Positions 26,351 to 40,900 of a stretch of 64,000 nucleotides of DNA are shown here, one piece after another. This DNA is from Ginglymostoma cirratum (lineage: Eukaryota), in NCBI GenBank assembly GCA_024137785.1, contig JAHRHZ010000084.1:7155573-7219572 (forward strand), given 5' to 3'. How positions within the stretch are numbered: the first letter of the stretch is position 1; the number at the start of each line of letters is the position of its first letter. The notes under the pieces were generated by a model. It was not told the DNA's origin and searched no databases. It worked only from the letters and a program-made list of their open reading frames with translations. A program made the position numbers and the translations under genes.

Positions 26351-29300
26351 CAAAATGGAAGCTTTTGGAAGTTTCATGCCAATGCAAGGGAGACAAACGC
26401 CTATCATAAAGAAAGATGGATCTCGAGCTGCTGTTACAAACTTTGGTTATCATACTGCTTCTAAGTGGGCATTAAATTATTTGAATGTACTGATTACCTG
26501 TAATACATGTCATTATATTCATCTAATCATGGTCCAATTCCATCTGTGACGTTTACAGAGTAAAGTAGCACGAGGGCACATGCGCAGGAAGGAGGGGAGA
26601 TAAACGGACGCCGAATGACGACATGTTTAAGCTCTTCATGGGACACTTAATCTTTATATTTTGAAATATCCTATCTGTTAATTGCTCCAGTACGATGGCT
26701 TAATATCTCAGTATGACGCTTTTAGCCTTCTTCTCATGGGAAAGGGGCCAGATGCTGTCTGCCTCGCATCGTTCGCATGTCAAGAAAAGTATCGTTTCAC
26801 TGTCCTGTAGGAGTCTCTACAACTCTGGTACATAACCACTTATTTTAACTTTCTCCTATGTTTGTGCCACGTTTGTTCTGCTAACCAGTCTGTTCTTGTG
26901 CAATGTTAACATGCTGGATTAATTGAACTTATTTTCTTGTCCGAAGCAATTTTACTTGCTTCAAATAAAAAGGTTCAGAAGACTTATTTTTCTTTTCAAT
27001 TGATTTTCTCCCCACTCACCTGCTATACATTGCCTCAGTCTTAATCCTACTTCCCTTATTATAGCATTAAACTATTCCTCGTGTGTTTACAACCCTACAA
27101 TGGTCTTATTATTATTACTTATTTCCATTGCTTCTAACTTACCCTTATTTCTGGTACTTAATAACATAATTTACAGATAGCTCCTAACAACAAATAAATT
27201 TACCTAATTTATCTGGTATCACTCTTATTGTTTATCATTCATTCTACTCTTTCAGCTGCATTGTTTGGCATTGTTGTATCAGCTTCTGGAACCTGCTGAC
27301 TTTTCAATCCCAACAATTTCTATTTCTCTACTATTCTTGTGCATTCCCATATGACCAACTCCCCACAATTAACTGTAGATATGTGATATCATAGGTGCCT
27401 GCCAGAAGTGCAACTACTTAGATTTAATTTCACACTTGATACTTTTTAAAATCAGTCTTAAGAGTTGGAATTCTTGTCCAAATATGATTTCCTTCATGCT
27501 CTCAGGGTTTTCCACTAACTTTAGTGATCAAAATCAATTCGCCCTTGTAAATTCTTCATATACCTGGTTAGTTTTCTTTATTATCACAATAAAATCTGCA
27601 CTGACACCTTTAAGGCCAAGTTGTACGCATTTACTATTGCTTTTAACGTTGAAGTTTCATAGTCTGCAGGTGGTTCCTTTTGCAAACAGCTATACATGTT
27701 CATCATTGTACATGTCGAAACATCCTATAAAATTCTAATGCAACTATAATTACCAGGATGTCTTCACAAATCCAGTTAAATATCCTTCCACTCAATTTTC
27801 TATCATAATAATTAATAATAACTAACGTTTCAAACACAAAATAATTTCAGTTCTGAAAAAGCATCTCTGGACCAGAAACGTTAACCACCCTTTTCTCCAC
27901 AGATGCTGACAGACCTGCTGAGGCTTTCCAACAGTTTCTGTTTTTGTTTCTGATTTCCAACATCCGCAGTTTTTTTATTTACAAAATATTTTCGCTTTCT
28001 TTCATATTTTGACCTAATCATCTCGGGATTAACTTGATTGAGTGAATACACCGTCCACCTGCTTCGCTAATTTTTCTGTGCAGAACAGTATGGTTTTACC
28101 TCTAAAATCTCAAGGTGTCTCGATTGCGCACGGACAACGCGAAAACTGGAGATGGGATTTCTCTTCAAGAGGGAGCCTCGAAAGTAAGTTAAATGTTAAA
28201 ATTGTTTTCCAGCGCTTTTCATTCCGAAGCAGAGAGACAGACAACTACCAGTTGACATTCTTCTGACTCCAAAGTCAACTTCATTTATTGGCTTTTTAAA
28301 AGTACTTTTTCAACATGTTTGTCTGTTAAGCTTGAAAGTGGTGACATTTCCGCCGACAGACGGACACCATCTTGGAAGGAAATAGCGACCTCATCTGGTC
28401 AGTCTGCTTCGGCATTGAGCGAAGGTGTTTCAAGAATTTCCAAATTTGGGGGAAATGAGGAGATCACCAAATTTCACTAGAAGTAACAGTCAAAGGAAAT
28501 TTTCGAATTTTCCTTGATGTCGAGATGACGTTTCATTGAAGAAAACATTTTCATATCACACTCTTCATACTCACTGGACTTCCCAAAGTGGTTACAGCCA
28601 ACTTTTTAGGTGTAGTGATAGTTTTTTTAACTTTAGTGACAGTTGTGATGTAGGAGAAGCCACAGCCAATTCGCACGATTAAAACTTCCCAAATTAGACT
28701 CTCGATTAACTCTTTCGTTCTACTTAAAAGAAGTGATCATGCACCCTACACGTGCACGCAGGATGGGGACTTGAGTTAACGTTGCATGCGTAACACAGTG
28801 CTTCCGACAGCGTTACTTGCTCAGTCCTGCGCTGTAATGTCAACTTAGATATCTGCTGCTGTAGCCTTGAAGTAGGTTGAAGTAGGTTGCTCTCGCCAAC
28901 CTACACCTTAGACGGACGTGAGGGTGCTACCATCTGATCACCAGCTGGTATTCAAATCAATTTATGAGAATAAAAAATTGCGCGTGACCTAATCGAAGCA
29001 ATTGGTAATATGAAAGGATCTGACCGGGGTTTATCATTCAGAGAAAATGTTTCCACTTGTGATCGAATGGTAAAATAGATGACATAAGCTTAAATAGACA
29101 TCGTAAAATCGAAAATAGAGTTTAAGCATACGAAACAGGAATAAATTAAAGGATATGCAAACTGGACTACACAAGGCTAGTGCGAGGAGGGGAGCAAAAA
29201 TGCCAGAATGTATCAGATGGCCTGAATTCTCAATGCCTATGCTATGAATTGCTAGTGATTGTGTGTCATGAAAACGAAACATGGCCAGGTCACACAATTG

Positions 29301-32300
29301 CCTGACCAACACTTGCCAAGAAAAGATAAATTAACGGTAAGTCATAACCCTTCATCGCACCTGGAAAAGTAAAAAAATTGATCTCAAACGACAACTTACA
29401 TTTATATAAATGATTTGTACACGAAGAAGTACCAGTGTTTCCTGAAGGATTAAACAAAATCACACTCTGTCAAAGAAATAGGGATACATAGAGTGATGAA
29501 AGATCGATTCTTGATGTGGATTTAAAGAAGAATTCTGTTTGAAAAGGAAGAATAAAGTAGCAGTGACGTTTAGGGAGAGAATGTTTGGAGCAGGGACGCT
29601 AGGAAATGATGGTAAAGCGCCTGTAAGATGCAAAATTCCACAGATATTAGAATGGAGAGTGGAGTTACTGGAAGGAGGCATACTGAGGTCGGGAATGACA
29701 AGGCCAAAAGGAAACTTATACGAGTATCAGAATTTTAAATTTGAGCCGATAAAGCATAGAAAATAATTGGAGGTCAACGGGGACTGCGGAGAAGGGTGAG
29801 CACGACTTTGTGCAGGGTAGCCTATGGACGGCAAAGTTTTGGAATCAACACATTTTCTATAATTTGGAAGGTGGTGGCACAGTGACTGCATTTGGTGAAA
29901 ACGGTTAAAATGTGGCTTGTCAGGTTGTATAACTTTGTCAACGTTCTGTTTTTCTTTTCTTTTATATTATTGATTCTGTTCATTTCTATGTATTAATGTT
30001 GAACTTGAAGGATTGAGGTGGGATGAATACAGTTAACGTTGCAGATGTAGAAGGAAACAATGTTTCCAAAGAAGATAATTCAGTGTCGCCCTACAGAAGT
30101 AATTTGTGAGTTTAACTGAGTCATTGTGCTGGGATAGAAACCGGAATTACTCGACAGTTGCAGAAGGATATAGCGTGGAATAAACGAAACAGAAATGGGA
30201 AAATAGCCACATTATATGAGCGAGGAAATACAACGATCCCTGCATTCCCTTTCATATCTCACCATCGCTCCATTTGTATGTACATGTGTGTGAACGTGCG
30301 CACAGCACAAAGACAAGACAGTTGAGAAGTGGAGCGGCTGTGGTAGAGGAAGGTTGAAGGAAGGTAATCCGGAGCTGCGAATTCTATTTCTCTTTGAAAC
30401 AAAGTGCTCCCATTGCAGAAAACCGAGTGGATCCGGAACTCGGTGTCTTAGTCATCTGAGGTCACATGCTCGATTCCAAAAGACTGCCCACAATGACGAT
30501 GCGAGTGTCTGCGGATATGTATGCGATGTCTATTGGTGTTTGTATGCATATGACTATGTGTGTGCCTGTGATTTTTACAACATAACAGGGCCCTTCCCTC
30601 ATTGGCTTGAAAGTGCTTTAATACCACGTGACTCCCACGGTTAAAAGTAAATGTCCCTTTATTTGTGTGTGTACGCGTCTTTATTTTCATGTGATTTCGT
30701 TTTCAGTCCATGCTAAAGTCTATGTATGTATAATTCATTCCAACACCACTTCAGTCATCATTTCATATGCATTGTGCCACATTGCCTTCTGATTCTGCAA
30801 CGTTTTTCGTTTGAAATCCTCTTTAGTATTTTAAATATCAATGCATAATATTTTAAATTCCTCCAGTTCGGAACATTGTTTCTGTTCCAATTTTGATCTC
30901 TAATCACAAGTCCAGTTTTCTCCATTCCATATTTGGCAGTCATGTCTTGAACTACAAGGGTATATATGCCCGGAGGCTCATCCTGAATTAAGCCTGTTTA
31001 TGTCTCCTCTTTTAAAACCTGTGTCTTTGACCAAGCTGTTTTCATCAACAAATTACTTTGGTCCGTCCATAATGCTCCTTGCCAAGCGTCTTCGTTTTTT
31101 CACTATCTTTGTGGGCGCAATATAAATGTAACTTGCCGAACGCGTGTGTCCTGTGGTTTTGCTTGTGCGTCCTCCGTTACCATTTGTTCCCTTCATAAAT
31201 GTTATTTTTATCTGTAACACATTCTACGTTGACGGAGAGTTCAGACCACACAGGCGCTATTTTCGATTTATGCTTCGGATGAGCTAGTTTCGCTGCTCAA
31301 GTTTGAACGATTTCAACCCATTTATTTTTTTCAAGATAAGTTCAGTACAGTTGAAGAGAATGGAAACACTTGTGGTTAGATGTTCAGCCCGTTTCAGGAC
31401 CTGCAAGTTTAGCAATACTTGCATTTCTGTCTTAGAATTTAAACGAGCGTATTTTTTTTTAAAAATGCATTTCAAGCCAGGCAGCTGTGAAACAAGCTTC
31501 TCCGAACACATCCTGCAAGTTTTATATTTAGCAAAGTCCCAGTACGTGAACAGTGAAAAATGAATGAAATCCGAAGCAATCGTATTGACATCGCTTATAT
31601 TTGAACGCTATCTACAACTAACTTTAGACACGTGTAGCTGTTTGTCTGAGAGCGTCCTATTGAGGAGAACATGAGAGAGGCGGTAATCTCTGTAAATTAT
31701 GGAGCGACATCATTCTGCGCGTCGATCTTGTCATTATTTTTAGCTGTATCATCCAGCAAGTTCTCATTGTGCATAAAGTCATCCATCACGTTAAATTATA
31801 TATTTGAACTGAGAGATGTCCTTACTGTACACTGGAAGTAACAATGGTGAATCGGTGAATTGAAACAAAATATGTATTTGTGGTCAGACAGCACAGTTAT
31901 TGTTTCGAGTCCAGTGACCCTTTAGAAAAACAATGTATTTACATGGGTCATTTCATGACCTCTTGAGATTCTAATAAACTTACAAGAAATGAAGCGCTTT
32001 CGTTGTGTTGCTCGTATTCTCATGTAATCATGCTACACGCATCAAAGTGCCAAAACAGAAGCATCGCAATTAGCGGTACAAAAAAAAAGGCACAAAGGAC
32101 TGCAGATGTTGGAAATCAGTAACAAAAGCAGAAATTGCTGGGGGGAGAAAATCAGCAGGTCTGCAGTATCGTTTGATAGAAGGCTGAGTCGACGTTCTGA
32201 ACAAGGGCCACTGGACGGAAATGTCAACTCCGCTTCCTCTCCACAGCTATTGCTAGACCTGCTGAGTTTTTCCAGCAATTTCAAATTCTTATTTGTAATT

Positions 32301-32619
32301 TGTACTTTGGTTTTCATGAAATCGGCTGAGGGAGGAGCTCAGGGATGACCAGGCAACAACAACAACATTACGGTTTAACATGCCGCGAGGAACCCCATCC
32401 ATTCTGTTTATTCACATAGGTACTTCCAGAAAAGGAAAACTTGTAGTTGTGACTGTCAATGTCCCTTTGTATCATGACTGTCTTCCATAGCCCTGTAAAC
32501 GGTGTATAGTGATATCAGATCAATATGAACTCAAGACCCAGAAAAGGAAGTCGCAGCCGCGATTTTAGGTTCCGGAAAATTCCTGGTTCTGGAGTTACAT
32601 TGGCAACCCCCAACTATCA

Positions 32620-33370
32620 TAATCGAAAGGGAGCCCCTAGACAAATGTTCTATACCTCAACAGCCTCCCTTTGTTGCGAGCATTGTGGAAGAAATCTAAA
32701 ATCGACTCCAATGCGCAGTCATAGCCGACAAACAACTGAGGAACAGTGTTAGAAGTCCGAGATCTCAAACTCATCACCGAGCTCATTGTCTGCAGAGCAA
32801 GAGTGGGCCCCACTGTCTGACACGCCTCAAAAACATAGTCCAAAAACAGCAGAAACCTCAAATCCCTGTAGATTTTTCATCAGCGCTGTCTTCGTAAAAT
32901 CCGGCAAACCTATTAGCAGGAAAGGCATAGCAACGTGAACGTCCTCTCCCAGGCCAATGTCCTCAGTGTCGAGGCACTGGTCACACGCCACCAGCTGTGG
33001 TGAACGGCCAAGTTGGTAACATGTCTCACACATATCTCTCTGAACAAGTGTTCTTCTCCGAGGGGCAAATGGGACTCTCTTGCCCTGGAATGTACATACT
33101 GGGGAAGAAGCATCTACCAAGTTTACGCCATTTGCAAGTGGAGCACATAGAGGCAAATCCGAAGCGACACAAATAGAGCGCAGAACCCAGAGAATTCCAC
33201 CTACCCATCACCAAACACCACGTACCCCGCCAGAGGCATTATTTGTGAACGCAGTTTTGGAGTATTCCGGTACAGCAAAACACCACCACACCAACCACCA
33301 TCACACTTCCCAAGCCGTGACCCCTTCCAACATGAAGTAAATTACCCTCAGTCCTGTGGGACTGCCAAAG
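32620..33370 (+). mobile_element. Degraded RTE-clade LINE 3' region
   Basis: Near 32950-33060 the + strand reads ANVLSVEALVTRHQLW, then across a stop and frameshift MSHTYLSEQVFFSE, resembling an RTE ORF2 C-terminus. Confidence 0.5.
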
Positions 33371-33969
33371 GAAAACACAGGGAAGTGAGAATAACAGTCA
33401 GTGCAAGAGAGCAATTTAAAAGCATAGTCCATCATCAACGTAACTTCTACCGATCATAACACCAGGAGGGTAATGTATGTATAACTCCCAGACGTCCAAG
33501 AATGCTTCCTCAATTCCAACTTCCATTAACTTTGCAGGTTTTCATATATGCCACTTTGATGAAAAACTGACCTACCTGCATTCATGTGGAGCACATCATT
33601 ACCTCTCTAATGAAATATTCCAATATCTGTCACACTGATTAGCACAGGCAAATGTGAAAGAAATGGTGCGCACAATATGCTCTATTCACAACAACAGAAA
33701 ATACATAAGGCTTTTAACTACCACAAAATTCTCCAATAGCTCTTCTTGAATTGCTTTCACTGTCACAACGCAGGGAAAGATTGCAGGCAATTAGCAGACT
33801 GAAAGAAATGACCCACAATTGGCAATGATGTATTAGACCAAACACTCTGAAGGTTATTTTCGCTTCAAAAATATTGGCCAGACACTGTGAGATCTTGACA
33901 TGACAGCGCTCTAACTGACAAGGCAGAGATCCATGGTATTTCATCTGTTGATCAGAAAAACAAGTCCAG

Positions 33970-34122
33970 GGACATGTCCATTCGGTGGATTAGCTACGGG
34001 ACGCGCAAGGTTATAGGATTAGCGTAGGGAGGTGGGTCTGGGTGGGAGCTCTTCGGAGAGTTTGTGTGGACAGATAGGCCAAATGGCTTTCTTCCACACT
34101 GTAGGAATTTTATCATTCTATG
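33970..34122 (+). mobile_element. HE1 SINE 3' fragment
   Basis: Matches the 3' half of 11431-11741 (GGTCTGGGTGGGA...CCACACTGTAGGAATT). Confidence 0.7.
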
Positions 34123-37100
34123 ACATTTTCGTGTAACTTCTTGATTTTGTTTAACACACAGCAAACATTACATAGAAAACTAATTGAGTTTACAGTCTTA
34201 CAATCCTCCCGATCATCAGTAAGTAGCACTAAAACTGTCTTCTCTCGAAAATAAAGCCGCAGTACATGTCATTGGTCGCCACCAACTCTTCTTCCAAACA
34301 ACCTATAATGTTCTTTATCCCATCACCAGCCCACACCATACTGCACCCCACAAATTATCTTCCCCAGTTGTGTGAATAATAAAACTCAGCGGTAGTGGCA
34401 GGAGCAAGTAGTTTAGATGCATTTAACTGCAAGCTAGACAAAAGGTAGAATGATAACTTTAGTTCAATAAAGATGCGAGGAAGATGGAGGGGAATGAAGA
34501 AATCAGGACTGTTTGTGCGAGAAGATCTGTCTACATAATTTCGGTTTACACAAGAAAACAATGTGATTGGTGTTAAAAAAAACTTTTTTTTTCACATTTG
34601 ATCATTGTCCCTCAATTGAATGTTATCTACAAAGAAACTATACCTCTGACACAAGTCTGGAATTAAAACAAAGCTCCCAAAGTCAAACATGCAAAGTCGA
34701 TTTTCATCAAAACAAGCAAGCAATAGACCCCATTTCAAAGGGCAGTTGAGAATCAAACATATTGCTGTGAATATGAAGTCACGTTTTGGCCAGACCAGAA
34801 AAAAATAAGAAGATTTCCTTCTCAGAAGGATATTAGTGACCTATATGGTACTTCTGTGTTAGAAATGTTACTTGCCACTTATGAGCCCAATAATGAATGG
34901 TGTTTTGGTTTTGCTGCATTTTTACATGTCCGAATTCTGTTCCTGAGAAAGTGTAACTGGGAATGAGGATTCTGCAATTATCACTAAGGATGTGCACGTT
35001 TAACTTTATGCTGAAGGGAAGCTTATTAAGAAGCAGGTGAGATGGTTGGGCCAGAAGACCGCCCTATCCTGCAGCAATGTCCTGGGTTTCGAAATAATTC
35101 AGAGACAAAAAAAAATTATCTTCCCTGTGCCAGGTATAATTCCAATCAGTGGAGATTTATATCTACTTCTATCCCAACTCCACTCTATCGGATTCCCACT
35201 GACTTTGCTGCCTAGGTTTCCAGATTTGATTTCTCCTGTTTTTGTTGTTTTTTTATCAGCAAAGGATATTTAAGTGTGTTACCTTTCAAATTGTGAAGTA
35301 AATACAACTGATCTGGGCGTGTTGAAACAGTTTAGCAAGGGGCCTTCCATATTCTGGAACCCAACTCTTTCGTGACAATGTGAAGAGGTTGCCAGACCCC
35401 ATTATTTTGTGCACTAGCTGTGACAAGGTATGCTTCAAACAACTGACATACTCATACCCCGGCATTTTGGAATAGCAGTTCTGTTCCAAGATAATTATCC
35501 TGAGCTTCTCCCATTCTTTTGTTCATGAAATTCCCTGGAGTGAATAATCGAATTTTATTTACGGCCCACAGCTGGCCACTTACAGGCGTTCATTGAGGAG
35601 TCAGTTCAGGGTTGGGAGATTTGAGTTGGACAGTCATTCTTCATGGTCAAAATGTCACTGCACTGTCGCTTTTTCAGAATATATTGTCTCAAATTCATTG
35701 CATTACCATAGACTTCAGGAAAGCCTAAACTTGTGTTCATATTTTTTATCCAAGAATAGACCTGAACGCAGTTTAATTCTATGACATCCTGTAGCGTTGT
35801 TAATTAGTTCGTGTCTTAGGGCTTATACATTTGTCCTTCCGAAAGAGCTGCCGTCTTAACTAACCCTCTTGAAGATGGCACTGTGAGGAAAAAAATGAAA
35901 TAACCGATTTACTCGCATTTTACTGTTGCACGAAAATCGGAGATTTCAATGAAAGTAAAGACCTGGGGTGTATGTGCATTTTTTTGAGGATGGCAGGATA
36001 AATGAAATAGCAACGGGGATTCTAGATGTATTAATAAAAAGATGGTGCATAAAGCAAGGAAGTGGCACGAAGTAAGAGTTATTTAGGTCTCAGCTGGAGA
36101 GCTGCCACACCATTGATGGAGAGTTAAACGAAAATGGAAACATCACAGCAGATGTTTGCCAGAATGAAAACGGGGTCGTGGGATTTACCCCTGTGGAGAG
36201 AATGGAGAAGCTCAGATATTTCTCGTTAGAGTCGAGAAGGATGAGGCGAATGATGTTGGAGTTCAGAGTTCACAACAGTATTAAAAGGCACTTTTTTAAA
36301 AAAAAACTGTTCCTAGTTCGAGAATGTTCGGAAAACAACTAACAAAGAGTAAAGGCAACTGATAAGAACACTACAGGCTACTGAGAAGAAGCGGGGTACA
36401 AAGCAGTACTGCTCCATCGTTGCTGATTTCCAAAATATGCATAGATCAAATGGATGGCAGTGGCGAGCAGAACTCCTGAATGATACGCACCTACAGGTTT
36501 AGGGCTAAACCGATAAAAGACTGAACAGATTTGTAAACTACAAGAAACTGGACACTTTTAATAACCAAAGTCCCACTTCTGGCTGTTGGGGTTCTGATAA
36601 GAGTCACCGAAACTCGAAATTCGAAACTGTTTTCTTCCCACAAGATGCTATTAGATCTTGAGCTTCCCCAGGAATTTCTGTTCTTGTTCCCACTTGCATT
36701 GTGCTTTTTTCTTATAACTGTTACCAGCAAAATAATGATCATTTTATTCGGCTTCTCGCACTTCCATCTGGAAATGCCAACAAACATCGTGAATAATACT
36801 TGCTGCTTTTCTGGCTGCTAGATTAATAGCTATATCTGTGAAACATGAGAACAGAGATCTGGAGTTTCACATCTGTCCTGAGGAAATAAAAATATTGTCC
36901 TCGACCGCCCTGGACTGAAGAAAGCGAAATGAGCAGGATTATTAATTCTAGTTGCGGTTCCAATGATTTCAGCTTCATATCATAATGTACTTAAAGTTCG
37001 CAGCCGAAACATTTTCCCAAACTCACTGCCCTGCATGTAAATGAACACTTTAGGTGAATTACTGAAGAAATGGTGATGCCTGCAATCTGAATCATTATTG

Positions 37101-37699
37101 ACAGACCGAGTCAAGGCTTGAAAATTGTTGCTGATAAATTATTCGAAGGCAGTGTGCCAGTAGTGTCAGAAGAAAGTTGTGCTCAGACGGAAACAGTTCA
37201 ACCAGCAGTGAGCAAAAAACCTCCCACTTCCTGCACTTCTGAGTCTCACTACATATCGTGTGATATCTCAGCTCATGCACGTACGCTTGATAAAGTTTTC
37301 CAGCCAAACCACTCACGACACCATCAAGTCTGGCAGCATGTGTGAAGGAGAAAACAGAGTTAACATTTTGGGTCCGGTGACCCTTCCTCAGAACTAAGTT
37401 CTGTTATCCATCTCTCACGAAAGAGCAGCCATATGGCCTGGTAAGACAAGGGTGAGTTTACATTCAGGTCTTAATCTGTTCAGACAGCAGAGGCTATGGC
37501 ACACCACTTTTGATGATCGAAATTGAAATCCGTCACCCAGAGTATAGACTGTGCCCCTACCACCCATAGTACACCGAAAAAATGACATCTAAAATGGAGA
37601 AAAAATGTTTCAAATGCTGAGAGAAGAGACAGGTCACAGTCCGTAAGCAGCACGAGGTTTCCTGACCCAGGTATGGCCTGATGGCGTGAGACTTCATGA

Positions 37700-37933
37700 G
37701 ATAAAAGGTACTGCAGATGCTGGAGAATCCGAGATAACAAGGAATGGGGCTGGATGAACACAGCAGGCCAAGCAGCATCAGAGGAGCAGGAAAGCTTGAC
37801 GTTTCGGGCCTAGACCCTTCATCAGAAATCTGATGAATTTCTGATGAAGGGTCTAGGTTCGAAACGTCAATCTTTCCTGCTCCTCTGATGCTGCTTGTCC
37901 TGCTGTGTTCATCCAGCCCCACACCTTGTTATC
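37700..37933. mobile_element. Palindromic dimer of the short PLE-type element with 13-bp TSD
   Basis: TGAGACTTCATGA at 37687-37699 and 37934-37946; inverted arms about 37732-37828 and 37838-37934. Confidence 0.88.
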
Positions 37934-40900
37934 TGAGACTTCATGATGTGCATTATCCATATTGAGTTCTTCCCCCGAAATATATATCATTATTTCCACC
38001 AAATCTACTGAGGTGAGGCATCACAGACATAGGGTAAGATGCTGGCTGGAGCATTTTAAATTATGATTCCATGTGAATGAATATTTCACCATGTTTATGG
38101 GTTGGATCTTCCCAATTTTGGCACAAAATATGTTGCACGGCGCTGATGTTGTTATTGCCCTTGTTTTGGTGCCTTAGTTGATGCGGGCTGTTCCATCCAT
38201 TTCTTTCCTTTTATCAGAGTTTGTCGTGGTGAGATACGACCAAGTGGATCGCAAAACCATTTCAAAGACTGACAAACGCTATTTATTAATCAAAAATATT
38301 ACTCGAAGACAGGCCAGGTTGGGAAGGTTTTCTTCCCAAGAAGGAACAATGAAGCAAATGCGGTTTTAAAACAATTGAAAAAGGTTACAATTTGCCTAGA
38401 TTTTAATTTCAGGTTGAACTTAATTCGAAAACGCTATCAGATACGAGTTCAAGCTCCTGTCCCAGTTACGAGGTTGCGAGGGCAGTGATAATACAAAGCG
38501 CCACAGGCTTCTCTTTGGTAGAGAAATGTCAAGCAATATATTACGGTTTGAAAAACAAGAAAAGTGGCGCCAACAGATGCAAAGTCGTTAAAGATGACAG
38601 TGCATATTGAGACAATTGTTGAAAGGCATAAATGATCCTGCGCAATTAGGACAGAAACACGACAGTAATATTTCCAATTGGAGCGTTACACGTTTGGTTG
38701 TGATCTGCTGTGCACCGCCTCAGAGGGTGTTGGAGGCAGATACATTTGTGGAATTCCAACGGGAATTTCATAATGATCTCAGGGTAACGATAAAATCGTA
38801 AACGTGAGACTAGCTGAGTAGCTAGTGAGCCCGTAATGTCAGTTTGAGTGGACTTTTTTTTCGTAGCGTATCTATTCTATTGACACTTTCAGACGAGGAC
38901 AATCAGCGTATTAAGTCTAGTCCACCATTCAATGAACTCACCATTGATCTGATCATTTATGCAGTGATAACAATAAAACCCAGTCATGGCATTTTAAAAA
39001 AAGTGTCAGTCCTCAGTTCTTCCATTTGAAAAGATTATTTGGCTAAAAAGCTGCAGAATCCGAAACCTCTGGAAAGTGACAATGTGTAGAGTATTCTGAT
39101 GCAGGATATCTTGTCTGTGCCCGTAACGACACCTGGCTGGAATCTGTACAGACGCGAGACATATTCTGGTTATGGGTGTCTTCTTAATTTTTATTCATAA
39201 AACAGATATCTTTTGAAATATTCGCAATATGATCTATTTGGAAATACACATAAAATATTCAGTTCGAGAAAAAATTCATAATTGCAGTCGGGGGCGGGTC
39301 TTCAGTAACAGACAGGGGTCTATCCTGTCTCCAATAGATTTGCCCAGGAATCCGACAGCGGCTAAACCTAATTCCGCTCCATGATCTCATTCAGAACATT
39401 TGTGCCTGCCTCCATTTACGTTACCAGGCCTGGGAGATTCAGCCTCTTTGCTTATCGGTTCATGTATTCCATCTATTTTGTTGTGGGAATGAAACATTTC
39501 AGCGTTACATTTGAAGAGCAGAGAGCACAAGTATTGTCACTGCATGAATATAACAGCATCATGGATGTAGTCAGTGAGGCTGTACGCTCTTAAAAATTAT
39601 CGCCATGCCCTTTACTGCTCAGTAACAATTAGCTCTTGTAAATTGTCATCACCTTGGAAATTTCTGTAGCAGTTGTGGGAAGTACAACAAGAAGTTGTGG
39701 CACCCATTTGCGCCTGTGTGTGTGCGGATTCATTTCTGTTGTGATATCTGTATCTACTCCTTCCGAAGGTCTGTTTTGTAAGTCCACATAGGGGTACCAT
39801 TGTCATACGTAAATGTGAAAAAACTCGTAAATAACTGGGATTTAATGACGGAAAACGGTTGAGCTGACCAATCATTCCACAACAATCAAATCACCAGCCG
39901 AAATTTGCTGCGTCAGAACAAGCCAATGCCAATAGCAATTTCAACTGTCCATTACAATATTAAAGTTTTCACAGCTATTGTTAGTGCTTATAATGGACCA
40001 TTTATTAATATAATTTCCAGAACTCTACAGAATTAGCTAACATGTTAACTGAATAAAAACCGAAAGAACTGCAGATGTTGTAATCAGGAACACTACAAAG
40101 TTGTTGGAAAAGCTCAGCAGGTCTGGCAGCATCTGTGAAGCTCAGACCTGCTGCGATTTTCCACCAACTTTGTTTTGAAGCTAAAATTTCATGTCACATC
40201 GTGTTTCAGAGCAACACCTGTCGCCTCAGGAGTTCTTGTGCTCTAATGATAGTGTCCCCACTTCCAAGCCAACAGACTACAGTCCAAATCTTAAAGGTTC
40301 ATGTAGTCTATCGTAGCATCTCTAACCAGGCTGATAAGAAAATAGCAAGACTTTCCAGCTTTCCCATTCCACGTAAAATGAACAATGAGGATTCCCTCAA
40401 GGGTAATTAGGGATCGACAACAATCCTCCCTTGCCCGTAATCCTCATAAACTATTTATAAAAGGCAAACAGAGGGACTACATCACATTTTAGTCATTACC
40501 AAGAGACGAGAGATTTAATTGTAAAAGTCTGGGGTGTGTTTACAGTATTTTGAAGGTGGGGGACAAGTGGGACATAAAACACAAGGCAAGTAAGTTATAC
40601 TAAACTATCCTGAGTTATACTGAACTATCCTCAGCCTGGAGTCTTATGCTCAACCCTGAGGGATGTCAAGACTATGGATGGTCTTTATTGGAATGGTATT
40701 GGGGCTGAGGAACTTCAGTGATGTGGAGGAAGTAGTGTTATTCTCCTTAACAGAGCCATAGGCATAGAGTCATACAGCACGGAAACAGGTCATTAGGTCC
40801 AACCAGTCCATGTCGAACATAATTCTAAACTAATGTCGTCCCACCTGCCCACACATAGCCCATTTCCCTCCAAACCTTGCCTATTCATATACTTATCCAA

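Noticed and set aside
30420-30465. J-segment-like GSGTR motif
   Set aside because: No preceding F/W, no convincing RSS, and a frameshift is needed to give a J-like ending.
35286-35489. GSGNLFTLS resembling a light-chain V framework 3
   Set aside because: No YxC or other V hallmarks; the DNA resembles the degraded LINE RT segment at about 14750-14870.
39670-39777. Open 108-nt phase 1-1 segment between AG and GTAAGT with a mildly hydrophobic stretch
   Set aside because: Weak polypyrimidine tract and no similarity to family exons; indistinguishable from chance.
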